DNA of 64,000 nt from Escherichia phage vB_EcoM_G17, in sequence record MK327931.1; one strand, given 5' to 3'. The notes beneath the pieces are model-generated. The model did not search any database, had not been told where the DNA came from, and saw nothing but the letters and a program-made list of their open reading frames with translations. Positions 18,866-36,490 of the stretch are shown here, in pieces. The translations under genes and the position numbers were made by a program. Numbering within the stretch: the stretch's first letter is position 1; each line of letters opens with the position of its first letter.

Positions 18866-20830
18866 TTATTCCATCCAGTTCTTACGATCATCTGCACGTT
18901 TCTTGTTGAAAATCAAATCAAGAGTTTCTCCAAGACGTCCATCATCGGTGATCGCTACTGCAACACTATTAGTGAATGCATCACGGAAGTTTGCTTTTTC
19001 TAAAGTTCCTAAACCTTTTGCACGCGTTGCTTTCCAGCCTTTCCAATCATCTGGGTTATATTCATGCACATTATGACCATAGTAGTATTTTGATTCTTTA
19101 CCTTTCTCAAGAATGATAAATGGTGTTTTGAATACATACACAAATGGATTTTCTGGGTCTTGAAACAATTCAGGCCAGAATTTAAATAAGAAGTTACACA
19201 CTAGAGCACCAATGTTCTTCCCATCTTCATCTTCATCAGCACAGATGTAAAGCTTACCATAGTTTAGTTCAGAACGTTCTGCTTTAACACCTGGAACTAA
19301 GTTGATACTAGCCATTATATCATGTAAAGCCATTGAATCCATTAATTCTTTGGTTTTCTCAGTACCACTGACGTTCATAATTTTCCCACGCAATGGTAGA
19401 ATACCATGAATACTTGGTATACGAGCACTAGCCATGTTGGAAATTGCAGAGTCACCTTCTGCAATCAATAGAATACACTGTGAACGGTCTGTTCCAGTAC
19501 TATCCAATAGTTTTGCAACTTTACCTTTTAGAAGTTTCTTTGCTAGGCGACGATCTTCTTCTGCATCTTTCTTATTTGTACGGGCAGCACAACGTTCGAA
19601 GATTTCATCAACCCATTCTTTGTTCTTCTTAACTAATTCATCAAACCATTCGGTACTCATAGCTTGTTGAATTGGACGGATTACGTTTTCATTAGTTAGT
19701 TTAGATTTAATCTGTGAGTTGAATGAAGGTGCTTTCATAGTTGTGACATTATAAATCAACAAACCTTCTTCAATATCAGAACGATTAGGTTTCATCCTAC
19801 GTTTCTTAGATTCTTTCTCTAGTGCAGTTCCTACACCGAGTGAGAAGAATTTCTTGAATGTATCAAGATGTGTACCACCATCAAATGCAGGAGCATTGTT
19901 AACCAACCCATGCATATGGAAATTCGTGTTCATGCCAGCTACTGCATTAGGAACAATATAAAAAGTACTGTTAAAATTGAATGAATCATCTTTAACATTC
20001 AACTGCATTAATTTAGATGCATTGAAGAGTGCTTTTTCAGTGTTTCCTTTAATAGCAATACGTTTCCCGTTCAGAAAGATTTTATAAGTTGGGTTAGCTG
20101 CTGCCATTTCTTTAAGAATACTATAAAGTAATTCGGTTGGTAGTTTTCTGTTTGGAAAAACTTCTTTACTCAAAGTAAAACGAATTGTTGTTCCAGTTTT
20201 ATCGGTTTGTACCTTTCTAATAGTAGGTTCGTGTACATGAAGCTCAGGGAACATAATAGTTCCTTCCTCAAACTTCTGATTGAACTTATAAAACCCATCA
20301 TAACCATCATTACTACTTTGTGTTTTATACGGACGACCTTGGCGATGAATTTCTAACTCTGCCTTAGAACTGACAATCATTGCAACAGAACCACCTAAAC
20401 CATTCTGACCAATCGTTTCATCACGTTTTGAATCGTCAAAGTTACGGCCTGTTTTTGTTTCAGTCATTACCATAGTACACAAGTTTTTCTGATACTCTGG
20501 AACATAATCAATTGGAATACCACGTCCATTGTCACTAATTTCAAATGATAGTTCTTCTTCATTGAAATCAACTTTCAAAACAGGTTCTTTGGTTCCAGCT
20601 TTTTTAAATTCATCTAAGCTGTTATCAATAATTTCACGTGTAGCAGTAAGAATTGCAGGAACCCATTCTACGTTCTTAACCTCATAACCTGATTCGCCAA
20701 AAATCAGTACTTGACTTTCATGCACTGAACGAGAACCAAGATACATCTCGGTACGCAAACGAGCATGTTGATAATCATTTAGTCGTTGAACATCATGTTC
20801 CTGTAGAACAGCACTTTCTTTCTTAGCCAT
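18866..20830 (-). CDS. 39: DNA topoisomerase II large subunit (gp39-like; ATPase plus Toprim)
   Basis: GHKL ATPase region and Toprim motif LLIAEGDSA; 654 aa, i.e. unsplit gp39+gp60 equivalent. Confidence 0.9.
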   Translation of the reverse strand: MAKKESAVLQEHDVQRLNDYQHARLRTEMYLGSRSVHESQVLIFGESGYEVKNVEWVPAILTATREIIDNSLDEFKKAGTKEPVLKVDFNEEELSFEISDNGRGIPIDYVPEYQKNLCTMVMTETKTGRNFDDSKRDETIGQNGLGGSVAMIVSSKAELEIHRQGRPYKTQSSNDGYDGFYKFNQKFEEGTIMFPELHVHEPTIRKVQTDKTGTTIRFTLSKEVFPNRKLPTELLYSILKEMAAANPTYKIFLNGKRIAIKGNTEKALFNASKLMQLNVKDDSFNFNSTFYIVPNAVAGMNTNFHMHGLVNNAPAFDGGTHLDTFKKFFSLGVGTALEKESKKRRMKPNRSDIEEGLLIYNVTTMKAPSFNSQIKSKLTNENVIRPIQQAMSTEWFDELVKKNKEWVDEIFERCAARTNKKDAEEDRRLAKKLLKGKVAKLLDSTGTDRSQCILLIAEGDSAISNMASARIPSIHGILPLRGKIMNVSGTEKTKELMDSMALHDIMASINLVPGVKAERSELNYGKLYICADEDEDGKNIGALVCNFLFKFWPELFQDPENPFVYVFKTPFIILEKGKESKYYYGHNVHEYNPDDWKGWKATRAKGLGTLEKANFRDAFTNSVAVAITDDGRLGETLDLIFNKKRADDRKNWME

Positions 20831-20864
20831 TTGAATTCCTTATCATGTCTCTTTGTCATAAAAC

Positions 20865-20897
20865 ATTGTATCACCAATGTTTTGTTTGTCTCAAAAA
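20865..20897 (-). promoter_or_regulatory. possible early promoter (TGaTACAAT)
   Basis: minus-strand extended -10-like element about 30 nt upstream of the gp39 start. Confidence 0.3.
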
Positions 20898-20927
20898 AAA
20901 ATATCGGAACAATTTGTCCCGATATAT
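20893..20927 (-). terminator. rho-independent terminator
   Basis: imperfect hairpin atatcgg...ccgatat followed on the minus strand by U9. Confidence 0.6.
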
Positions 20928-20929
20928 TA

Positions 20930-21720
20930 TTATTTTACTAACATAAGTTGAAGTTCGGCACTTGGACTTGATTCATCATCACTCCAGTACTTATGAACCT
21001 TATCTGGACTCGCCTTTGCAAGTACTTCACCACCACCAACAATATAAACTTGATGGGAACCAATTAAACGGGTCCAGAATTTAATTGCATCATCAGTATG
21101 CAGACTATCACTCAGAACTTTAATACCATGTGATATCATATCCATAAAAATATTATAAATTATACCTTTAGTTCCAGTTTTAGATGCAGTTGCGGCAATT
21201 TCAAAAACGTTTTGAACACCAAGTACTGCATCATTGGATAAATGCCCACTAACTATAGCAAGCTGTTTACCAGACTTATCGTAAGCGATAAATCCAGTAC
21301 CGTTTTTGTTCATATATACATCATAGTCTTTATGTTCTGCGAACTTAACCATGTTGTGCTTACCTGTCATTTCGGCAGTTTTATCGACAAACTCGTCTCG
21401 GTCTTGACCTTGAAAACTATCGAAACGTTGTGGCATTTCATCCAACTTATCTTTGTCGTCTTCACATGAATCCATTATATCACAAGTTCTGTCGTCTGTA
21501 TCAGCTAATTCTGCATCTTGTACAATATCGACTAAACTACGCATACTTGCTTCTTTTACTTTATTAGGAAGTTTAGAACTTTTTTTAAGATTTCCTTCCT
21601 TTTCATCAGCGGCATTCCATTCTTTAGCAGCACTTTGCGAAATTCCAGCTTTCTTTGCAAATTCTGGATTGTGTGCGGCGGCTGCGAAGAATTTAGCCTG
21701 ACTTTTACTCTTACTTGGCA

Positions 21721-21721
<1 letters not shown>
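20930..21721 (-). CDS. hypothetical protein with a DUF3008-like N-terminus (recalled from memory)
   Basis: 263-aa ORF; N-terminal KSKSQAKFFAAAA pattern. Confidence 0.45.
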
Positions 21722-23886
<2,165 letters not shown>

Positions 23887-23898
23887 TAAGTCTATATT

Positions 23899-24961
<1,063 letters not shown>

Positions 24962-25005
24962 GTAATAAAAGCTCCAATATGATTTTAATGTTTTGTTCGA
25001 TAGTA

Positions 25006-25038
25006 ATTATAGGATAGAACATTAGTTCTGTCAAGCAC
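25006..25038 (-). promoter_or_regulatory. early promoter (-10 TATAAT)
   Basis: minus-strand TATAAT at 25006-25011, about 40 nt upstream of the IF3 start. Confidence 0.4.
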
Positions 25039-25225
25039 TATCATTGTGTTTTTTAATTGCTTCACAGATTGCTTGAACTTGAACAAGATAAGTTTTTGCA
25101 AATTCTGCTTGGGTTCGCACACGGGGGTTCGGTGCGTCTTTGATCATAAGTTCTAGGTCATAAACTACCTTATCAAAAACTCCCTTGTCTTCAATAATAC
25201 GATCATAAAATGTTTTGTCAGTCAT
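25031..25225 (-). CDS. hypothetical protein
   Basis: 64-aa ORF. Confidence 0.4.
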   Translation of the reverse strand: MTDKTFYDRIIEDKGVFDKVVYDLELMIKDAPNPRVRTQAEFAKTYLVQVQAICEAIKKHNDSA

Positions 25226-25248
25226 GTCAAGAACTCCATGTTATAAAA

Positions 25249-25839
25249 TTATAATTTAACGTAAGATACTACAGATGCATCAGAAACAGAAGGAACATTA
25301 AGATACACGTTCTCATACTCAATAAAATCAACAGTACTCGTAGTAAGAGCATTCTTGATACGTTGTATGGTTTTTTGTACAGTAATTTCTTCATTTTCTA
25401 GTGCATTAGTGCCATTACCTTTCAATGAATCATTGATTAGTGTTTGGATAATCTCAGCAGCTTTTGCTGTTTTCATATCTTCAGTAGTTAGTGCTGCTTG
25501 TTCTGCAACACTCAAAGTACTAAGAAAAGGTTGATAACTAATATATCCAACGGTGATTGTTGCACCAGTTGGAATCGTTTTTGCAGTTCCTGGTGTAGCA
25601 AATTCAACATTGCTATAAACTGGTACTGAATAAGTTGAAAGCAAACGAGAAAGTTGTAGGTAACGCAAAAGTGCAATTGACTTATCAATAGTTTGCTGGT
25701 CAGTCGGTGCGGTTGTTGGGGAAGATGAATCATAATCACCATACATATAATATGGGATATTATCTAGGTTCGTCCCTGCAACTTCAATTTTAAATACTTG
25801 TAGTAAATTGTTCATTGTATATTCTTCTCCATAATACAA
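25249..25839 (-). CDS. hypothetical protein
   Basis: 196-aa ORF (start may be the internal ATG at 25815). Confidence 0.5.
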   Translation of the reverse strand: MYYGEEYTMNNLLQVFKIEVAGTNLDNIPYYMYGDYDSSSPTTAPTDQQTIDKSIALLRYLQLSRLLSTYSVPVYSNVEFATPGTAKTIPTGATITVGYISYQPFLSTLSVAEQAALTTEDMKTAKAAEIIQTLINDSLKGNGTNALENEEITVQKTIQRIKNALTTSTVDFIEYENVYLNVPSVSDASVVSYVKL

Positions 25840-25898
25840 AACACTTTTGATTATTTATTATTAAAAATCAAAAATATTTACGTATAACATTTAGTCTT

Positions 25899-27242
25899 TT
25901 AGAATCGTGCATTTTGTCTCAACATAACACTATAACGTGGACGTGTCATGGCAGTGTATAAAATTCTACACTTAGTATCATTTGTACCAATACGTTCAAT
26001 AAAATCAGTATCAAACCAAATGTTATCAAAAGTACTTCCTTGCGATTTATGAACAGTTGTTGCGTAAGGATAATTGATAATATGCAATTTATTCTTTATT
26101 ACATAGTAATCCTGCCACATATATGGTTTCTTTGTCAATGGATTTATTTCTTTTTTCTCAATATCCTTAACAAGTTTATCTAGTTTTTCGTCCATTGCAA
26201 TTCTTGTTTCTGGTCCTACGCCTAAAATATAACTACCATTAGGTAAACGGAATTGCCAACAATCTATTCCCATGAAACTTTCACGTTTCACTTCAGGACA
26301 TTGTATAATTTGTTGTACTACATATGGACTATTCTCAGTTATGCTTTCAAAAACAATTGGTTCACCTTTAGTAAATTCATCTGGTACTTCAAATAGTTGA
26401 CTTCTAATGTAAATATTAGCCAAATTAACTCGATAGTTAGTATATGCTAAGATTTTATTTTCATTTACGAAATCAAATATTTTTTTAGATGAACCCTTGT
26501 TTTCCATAATAAATTCACGATAAACATCTAAAAATAAATCTTCATCATCAATAGGTGTAATAGTGCTTAAACCATATGTCTGATGCATAATATCAAATGG
26601 ATTTTTACTAGTTCCAATACACTCTCGAATAGCAGTTGCAACTGCCAAAATCGGATTATCCAATGCTTGACGTAAAACCTCAGTTAACTCATATTGAACA
26701 GGTACATCAAACGTAGGAGACAATTTAGTCTCTCCCATTGTACCTTCGGACTCAACTGGGGGCAATTGACAACGATCACCAATGAATAAAACTGCTCGAC
26801 GGACACGCCACAATTGATCCTGAATATGTTGGAATAATTCTTCTGAAATCATACTACACTCATCAACAATAAGAATGTCAACGTTAGTATTACTAACTTT
26901 ACTTTGGGGATCATGTTTCAGTACTTGACGATTCTTTTCATATACTAATTTTAGTCCTAAAAAAGAGTGTATTGTACTAACTTGTGCATCTTCCTTAGTA
27001 AGACCAGCATTATTGATTAGCATATTACGAATAACAGCATTGGCTTTATGTGTAGGTGAAGTTACTGCAATATTATAGTTTTTACATAGTGCTTTTACAA
27101 TCTCAGCAGTAGTGAATGTTTTTCCAGTTCCTGCTGGGGCAGACAAAACCGAAATGGTCTTACCTGCATAGTTGTAAACACGATCTATAAAATCATCAAA
27201 GATTTCTTGTTGCTTATCCGTAAGCTTAATTTTACTCATCAT
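25899..27242 (-). CDS. dda: Dda-like SF1 DNA helicase
   Basis: Walker A APAGTGKTF, Walker B IVDECSM, GDRCQLPPV motif; 447 aa. Confidence 0.85.
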   Translation of the reverse strand: MMSKIKLTDKQQEIFDDFIDRVYNYAGKTISVLSAPAGTGKTFTTAEIVKALCKNYNIAVTSPTHKANAVIRNMLINNAGLTKEDAQVSTIHSFLGLKLVYEKNRQVLKHDPQSKVSNTNVDILIVDECSMISEELFQHIQDQLWRVRRAVLFIGDRCQLPPVESEGTMGETKLSPTFDVPVQYELTEVLRQALDNPILAVATAIRECIGTSKNPFDIMHQTYGLSTITPIDDEDLFLDVYREFIMENKGSSKKIFDFVNENKILAYTNYRVNLANIYIRSQLFEVPDEFTKGEPIVFESITENSPYVVQQIIQCPEVKRESFMGIDCWQFRLPNGSYILGVGPETRIAMDEKLDKLVKDIEKKEINPLTKKPYMWQDYYVIKNKLHIINYPYATTVHKSQGSTFDNIWFDTDFIERIGTNDTKCRILYTAMTRPRYSVMLRQNARF

Positions 27243-27269
27243 TCCCTCGACTGATTTTTACATTTCAAG

Positions 27270-28572
<1,303 letters not shown>

Positions 28573-28657
28573 ATTACTTCTTTCTCCATATAAACTATGT
28601 AAAACGTAAAATTGGGTAAATACTTTATAAAAATAACAATAAGATTGGAGATTAACA

Positions 28658-30060
<1,403 letters not shown>

Positions 30061-30095
30061 AATAAAAGGAGCAACATTTTGTTGCTCCTTTTTTA

Positions 30096-30097
<2 letters not shown>
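30061..30097. terminator. bidirectional rho-independent terminator
   Basis: ggagcaac-atttt-gttgctcc with A-run upstream and T-run downstream, between convergent genes. Confidence 0.7.
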
Positions 30098-31571
<1,474 letters not shown>

Positions 31572-31717
31572 CTAGTGCCATCACTTAAGATTATACCATT
31601 ATCACAAACATCAATCACAGTACCCGTTACCTTTACACCACCAGTAAGATAAAAATCATATATAACGTTAGCATCTATTGTAAAAATATCTTTCATATAT
31701 TATACCCATAAGAAAAG

Positions 31718-31734
31718 GGATTCATAGAATCCCT
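31718..31734 (-). terminator. terminator hairpin after nrdB
   Basis: perfect 7-bp stem gggattc/gaatccc followed on the minus strand by UUUUCUU. Confidence 0.5.
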
Positions 31735-31746
31735 GTTAGTTTGAAT

Positions 31747-32871
31747 TTATAGTTTGAATGGTGTGAATGTATCTACTTGGATATCATTCACAATACCACC
31801 AATGATATAAGAACTTATTTCAGTTTCTTGTGGTGCAACTTGTACTGAACCACCACTAACCCAATGCTCAGTCCAAGGTAGTGGGTTACTCTTAGATACG
31901 GTATATGGACATTTAATTCCTAGTGCAGTCATACGCTTAGAACCAATCCAACGAACATATTGTTTTAGGATTTCTGCATTCAGCCCAATGATTGAACCAT
32001 CTTTAAAGAGGAAGTCTGCCCAAGCTTCTTCTTGACGGATAGCAGACATAAACATTTCCAGTACTTCATCATAACACTCTTCTGCTATTTTTACCATATC
32101 TGGATCTTCTTTTTTCAGAAGACGTAGAATCATTTGGGTTGCTGCTAGGTGTAGGTTTTCATCACGACAGATTAGACGGATAATCTTAGCATTACCTTCC
32201 ATTAGATTGTTTTCAGCAAACGCCCAAGAACACGCAAAGCTTGCATAAAAACGAACACCTTCAAGAATGTTAATACTATTCAGACACAACCAAAGTTTTT
32301 TCTTTAGTTCGTACAAACTAATTTCAACTGTTTCACCATTGATTGTATGTGTCCCAACGCCCAATGCACGGTATAAAGTTCCTAATACATCAAGTTCATC
32401 GTAGTATTTGGAAACATCAGCCGCACAATCTGTGATTTCTGGAATGTCCAACATAGTATCAAATACTTCAGATGGATTAGGATAAATGTTACGAATAATG
32501 TGAGTGTATGATTTGCTATGAATCGCACCTTCAAAGAATGCCCATGTCTCTATAAAGTTCTCTAGTTCAGGTAGAGATGCATATGGAAGTAACATTAGGT
32601 TTGGACCACGACCTTGTACGGAATCAAGAAGAATTTGACGTTTCAAGTTAGAGGTAAAAATGTGCTTCTCGGAATCATTAAGGTTGGCAAAATCAATTTT
32701 ATCTTTAGATACGTCAACTTCACCAGGAGTCCAGAAGAAACTTTTCTGTTGCTCTGTTAGTTTTTCAAGTGTAGAGTATTTGTTACTTTCAAAGCGTTGG
32801 ATATCAACACTTTCATCAAAAAACATATTTTTTTCTAGGTGAGACTTCTCGTTAATTTTGAAAACTGACAT
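31747..32871 (-). CDS. nrdB: ribonucleotide reductase small (beta) subunit, class Ia
   Basis: 374-aa ORF with overall R2-like sequence; immediately downstream of nrdA. Confidence 0.85.
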   Translation of the reverse strand: MSVFKINEKSHLEKNMFFDESVDIQRFESNKYSTLEKLTEQQKSFFWTPGEVDVSKDKIDFANLNDSEKHIFTSNLKRQILLDSVQGRGPNLMLLPYASLPELENFIETWAFFEGAIHSKSYTHIIRNIYPNPSEVFDTMLDIPEITDCAADVSKYYDELDVLGTLYRALGVGTHTINGETVEISLYELKKKLWLCLNSINILEGVRFYASFACSWAFAENNLMEGNAKIIRLICRDENLHLAATQMILRLLKKEDPDMVKIAEECYDEVLEMFMSAIRQEEAWADFLFKDGSIIGLNAEILKQYVRWIGSKRMTALGIKCPYTVSKSNPLPWTEHWVSGGSVQVAPQETEISSYIIGGIVNDIQVDTFTPFKL

Positions 32872-32902
32872 ATATATTCCTTTATATATTTTGAAATAAT
32901 AA

Positions 32903-32920
32903 TCCCGCCGAAGCGGGATC
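32903..32920 (-). promoter_or_regulatory. intercistronic C(UUCG)G tetraloop hairpin between nrdA and nrdB
   Basis: minus-strand transcript reads aucccgc-uucg-gcgggau. Confidence 0.55.
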
Positions 32921-32925
32921 TTAAA

Positions 32926-35244
32926 TTAGATTTTACAACTATCACAATCACCTTCATCCAAATCAGGAAGTGATGGTAATACAAATTGTCCAGATTCTGG
33001 TTTGGCAGCTTCTTTCAGTACTTTTTCAACGTCTACTTCATCTGAACCATCATTTGTATTATGATAATAAAGATTTTTCAAACCAACTTTATATGCATAC
33101 ATAAGTTCAGTTAGAAGAGTTGACATTGGCAACTTACCATCAGGGAAGTGTATTGGGTTATAACTAGTATTAACACTGATACTTTGGTCAATGTATTTTT
33201 GTAGAACACCACAGATTTGTAGATAACCAATGTTATCTTTCTGATCCCATAGTAAATCATATTTGTTTTTCAACTTATTGATTTCTGGAACTACTTGTTT
33301 AAGAATACCATCCTTAGATAGTTTCTTCGTTACAAGAGAACGTGGCTTTTCAATACCGTTAGTACTGTTACTGATTTGTGCACTTGTTTCTGCTGGCATT
33401 AATGCCATTGTTGTTGCGTTACGAATACCATATTCTTTGATATCGGCACGTAAGGATTCCCAATCTTGTTTTAGTTCTTTAGTTACTAATTCATCAATGT
33501 CCGATTTATAAGTATCGATTGGAAGGATACCTTTGGCATATTTTAGATTATCAAATCCTTCACACTTACCTTTCTCTTTAGCAAGCTGTACAGAAGATTT
33601 AATTAGATAGTAAGACCATGCCTCGGCCCACTCGTTAACTGTTTCTAGTGCTGCTTCATTATAACGTAAACCACGTTTAGCAAGGAAGTATGCAAAGTTA
33701 ATAATACCAACACCTAGTGGACGATACATTTTTGTAGCACGGTCAGCATGAACTACTGGGTAGTCTTGATAGTCTAATAGAGAATCAAGAGCACGAACAG
33801 AAAGATCACATGCCGTTTCCATATCTTCTGGACGGTCAAAGTTACCCCAGTTGATTGCACTCAATGTACATAAACTAATCAAACCTTCCCCAGTATTAAT
33901 GTCATCAAATGGCACAGATGGTAGTGCGATTTCTTGACACAAGTTGGATTGTTCAATAGGTGCAATAGATTCAATAAATGTTGAATGAGTGTTTGCATGG
34001 TCAATATTTTGAATATAGATACGCCCAGTTTCAGCACGCTCAGTCATTAAAGTACTGAATACTTCAACAGCAGGTACGGATTTTTTACGGATGCTTTGGT
34101 CAGCTTCGTATTTTTTATATAACTTTTCAAATTCTTTTTGATCAGAGCAGAATGCTTCATATAGCCCAGGGACTTCATTAGGACTAAAGAATGTAATATT
34201 CTTTCCATCAACCAAACGTTGATACAAAGTTTTGTTTACTTGGAAACAATAGTCCAGTTGACGCACACGGTTAAACTCAGTACCTTTGTTATTTTTAAGG
34301 ACTACCAAGTTATCAAATTCCAAATGCCACAATGGGAAGTGAACAGTTGCTGCACCACCACGAACACCACCTTGTGAACAGCTTTTAACAGTCTTAGCAG
34401 TAGCTGCAATGAACGGAATCAGCCCAGTGTGTACTGCATCACCTGAACGAATCTCGGAGTCCAGAGCACGAATGCGGCCCATATTAATACCAAGACCAGC
34501 TTTACGTGAAATATAACGTAGAATAGCGTGGTTAGAGGAACCAATACTATCCAAGCTGTCACCAACGTTTAGTACTACACAAGAGCTAAACTGACGTGTA
34601 TTTGTACGTAGACCAGCCATAATAGGCGTAGGAAGACTAATGTCAAAGTTACTTACTGCATCATAAAACTTTTTAACATATGACATACGAACAGAACGAT
34701 CATACTCCATAAAGATGATTGCTGCAATAGTCATATATGCCATTTGTGGAGTTTCATAAATTTTCTTAGTAACGCGATTTTTGTAAAGGTATTTTCCTTC
34801 CCATTGACGCATTGCAACATAAGTAAATTTATCGTCACGTTTATGTTTGATATAACGTCCAAGCTCTTCTATTTCTTGAAGAGTATATTTCTCAAGAATT
34901 TCAGGATCATATATTTTGGTATCAACCATTTCTTGAAGATGAGCAGTATATTTAATTGGGTCATACTGCCCATATACTTGCTTACGAATACTATAGTTTA
35001 ATAGTCTTCCAGCAACATATTGGTAATTAGGTGTATCTTCTGAAATAAGTTCTGCTGCTGCTTTAATAAGAATATCATGAATAGTACTAGTTTCAATACC
35101 TTCATAAAACTGAAGCTGTGCTCGGATTTCAATTTCAGAAACTGAAATACCACTTAAACCTTCAGCAGCGAAAAATAAAATTTGATGGATCTTATCCAAT
35201 GATAACGGCTCTTTCATTCCATTACGCTTGGTTACGTTAATCAT
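32926..35244 (-). CDS. nrdA: ribonucleotide reductase large (alpha) subunit, class Ia
   Basis: N-terminal ATP-cone, catalytic core, C-terminal Cys pair (CDSCKI); 772 aa. Confidence 0.9.
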   Translation of the reverse strand: MINVTKRNGMKEPLSLDKIHQILFFAAEGLSGISVSEIEIRAQLQFYEGIETSTIHDILIKAAAELISEDTPNYQYVAGRLLNYSIRKQVYGQYDPIKYTAHLQEMVDTKIYDPEILEKYTLQEIEELGRYIKHKRDDKFTYVAMRQWEGKYLYKNRVTKKIYETPQMAYMTIAAIIFMEYDRSVRMSYVKKFYDAVSNFDISLPTPIMAGLRTNTRQFSSCVVLNVGDSLDSIGSSNHAILRYISRKAGLGINMGRIRALDSEIRSGDAVHTGLIPFIAATAKTVKSCSQGGVRGGAATVHFPLWHLEFDNLVVLKNNKGTEFNRVRQLDYCFQVNKTLYQRLVDGKNITFFSPNEVPGLYEAFCSDQKEFEKLYKKYEADQSIRKKSVPAVEVFSTLMTERAETGRIYIQNIDHANTHSTFIESIAPIEQSNLCQEIALPSVPFDDINTGEGLISLCTLSAINWGNFDRPEDMETACDLSVRALDSLLDYQDYPVVHADRATKMYRPLGVGIINFAYFLAKRGLRYNEAALETVNEWAEAWSYYLIKSSVQLAKEKGKCEGFDNLKYAKGILPIDTYKSDIDELVTKELKQDWESLRADIKEYGIRNATTMALMPAETSAQISNSTNGIEKPRSLVTKKLSKDGILKQVVPEINKLKNKYDLLWDQKDNIGYLQICGVLQKYIDQSISVNTSYNPIHFPDGKLPMSTLLTELMYAYKVGLKNLYYHNTNDGSDEVDVEKVLKEAAKPESGQFVLPSLPDLDEGDCDSCKI

Positions 35245-35284
35245 GTGTCATCCTTGTTTTTTGATGTAAATTTCTTTTTTTAGT

Positions 35285-35310
35285 GGAAGAAAAAGGCGGG
35301 ACGCCTTTTA
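35285..35310 (-). terminator. rho-independent terminator
   Basis: stem aaaggcg/cgccttt followed on the minus strand by UUUUUCUUC. Confidence 0.5.
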
Positions 35311-35889
35311 AGGTTTGTCCCACCCACGATATACAAATTCTATATGATATCCTGAATTTAAATAATCCGAGTTAACTATGTTAAATTGCATATTTCCAGT
35401 TGTAGAATCATATGCAGGATCTTCAAATGAGATAGAAATAATTGCGTCAGTTCTATTTGTATTATTTGACTGTGCAATCATCGTGTTTGTACCAGCAGCT
35501 ACAATTTGAATAGTTCCTGATTCCAAAACCGTTTCGGTATCATCATATGCAATATAATCGATGAATACTCTACTTTCACTTTCAAGAATAACTTCTATAC
35601 TTTCTTGATTTTGTGGAAGATCAACTTTAAACGGTCTGTTAATTATTTTTGATACCGTTCTCCACGGTGAAAATTCTGTAATTATTTCTACGTTTTCTTT
35701 ACCTGAATTTGGATCAGTAGTCCAAGTTCTACCTGCAACTAAGCTGGCGGGGTCAGATGATGATGGAAGGCCAATAAAAACACGACCCACATCAGTACTG
35801 AATCCTATCTGACCTTTTTCTAATGCATCAGGTAAGTCTCTCTGTTTACCAGTTCTTACTTGTTGTAAAGCAATTTGTTGTTGTGCCAT
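35308..35889 (-). CDS. hypothetical protein
   Basis: 193-aa ORF. Confidence 0.5.
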   Translation of the reverse strand: MAQQQIALQQVRTGKQRDLPDALEKGQIGFSTDVGRVFIGLPSSSDPASLVAGRTWTTDPNSGKENVEIITEFSPWRTVSKIINRPFKVDLPQNQESIEVILESESRVFIDYIAYDDTETVLESGTIQIVAAGTNTMIAQSNNTNRTDAIISISFEDPAYDSTTGNMQFNIVNSDYLNSGYHIEFVYRGWDKP

Positions 35890-35917
35890 AAAAACTATCT
35901 CCTATAGTATTATAGGA

Positions 35918-36490
35918 TTATTTAGCTTTTTCTTTAACTTCCGCAATACGCTCATTAATTAGTTGAGATACAACTGAGCTATCTACAGAAGATAAAATTT
36001 GTTCTGGTACTAAAGATTTTAAATGTTTAACATAGTTGGAAACACTTTTAAATTCTTTAGTCTGTAATGCTTCTTTGATAATGTCCAAATCTTCTTTAGA
36101 TGAAACAACACGCTCAATAACGACTTCATCTTCTTCCAATTCAGGAGCAAGTTCTTCTGCAATAATTTCAACTTCTTCAGAAACTTTAACTTGTTCTTCA
36201 CTATCAACAACATACTCTTGGATAACTTCTGGTGGTACATTGCGTGATACTTCATCAACACTAATATCTTGTGCAATTTGTTCTTTAATTTCTTCAACAG
36301 GTTTAGCACCACGTTGTTTATAATCTTTGATATTTAGAATTAGCTTATTTGATAAATCAAGTTTATCAATCTCTTCTTCACTAAGTTTAATTACTTCTTC
36401 TAAATCATAACCTTTACTTACTAGTGCACGAATTGTATATAGATCTTGTTTCATTTTTTTATGCTGCTCCATTTGATTCAATTTCTCCAC
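35918..36490 (-). CDS. acidic coiled-coil protein
   Basis: 190-aa Glu-rich ORF. Confidence 0.5.
   Translation of the reverse strand: MEKLNQMEQHKKMKQDLYTIRALVSKGYDLEEVIKLSEEEIDKLDLSNKLILNIKDYKQRGAKPVEEIKEQIAQDISVDEVSRNVPPEVIQEYVVDSEEQVKVSEEVEIIAEELAPELEEDEVVIERVVSSKEDLDIIKEALQTKEFKSVSNYVKHLKSLVPEQILSSVDSSVVSQLINERIAEVKEKAK

Noticed and set aside
25512-25742. 76-aa minus-strand ORF nested inside 25249-25839
   Set aside because: Alternative frame within a longer ORF
36019-36323. Overlapping ORFs on both strands inside 35918-36490
   Set aside because: Alternative frames of a Glu/Lys-rich coiled-coil gene; low-complexity artefacts
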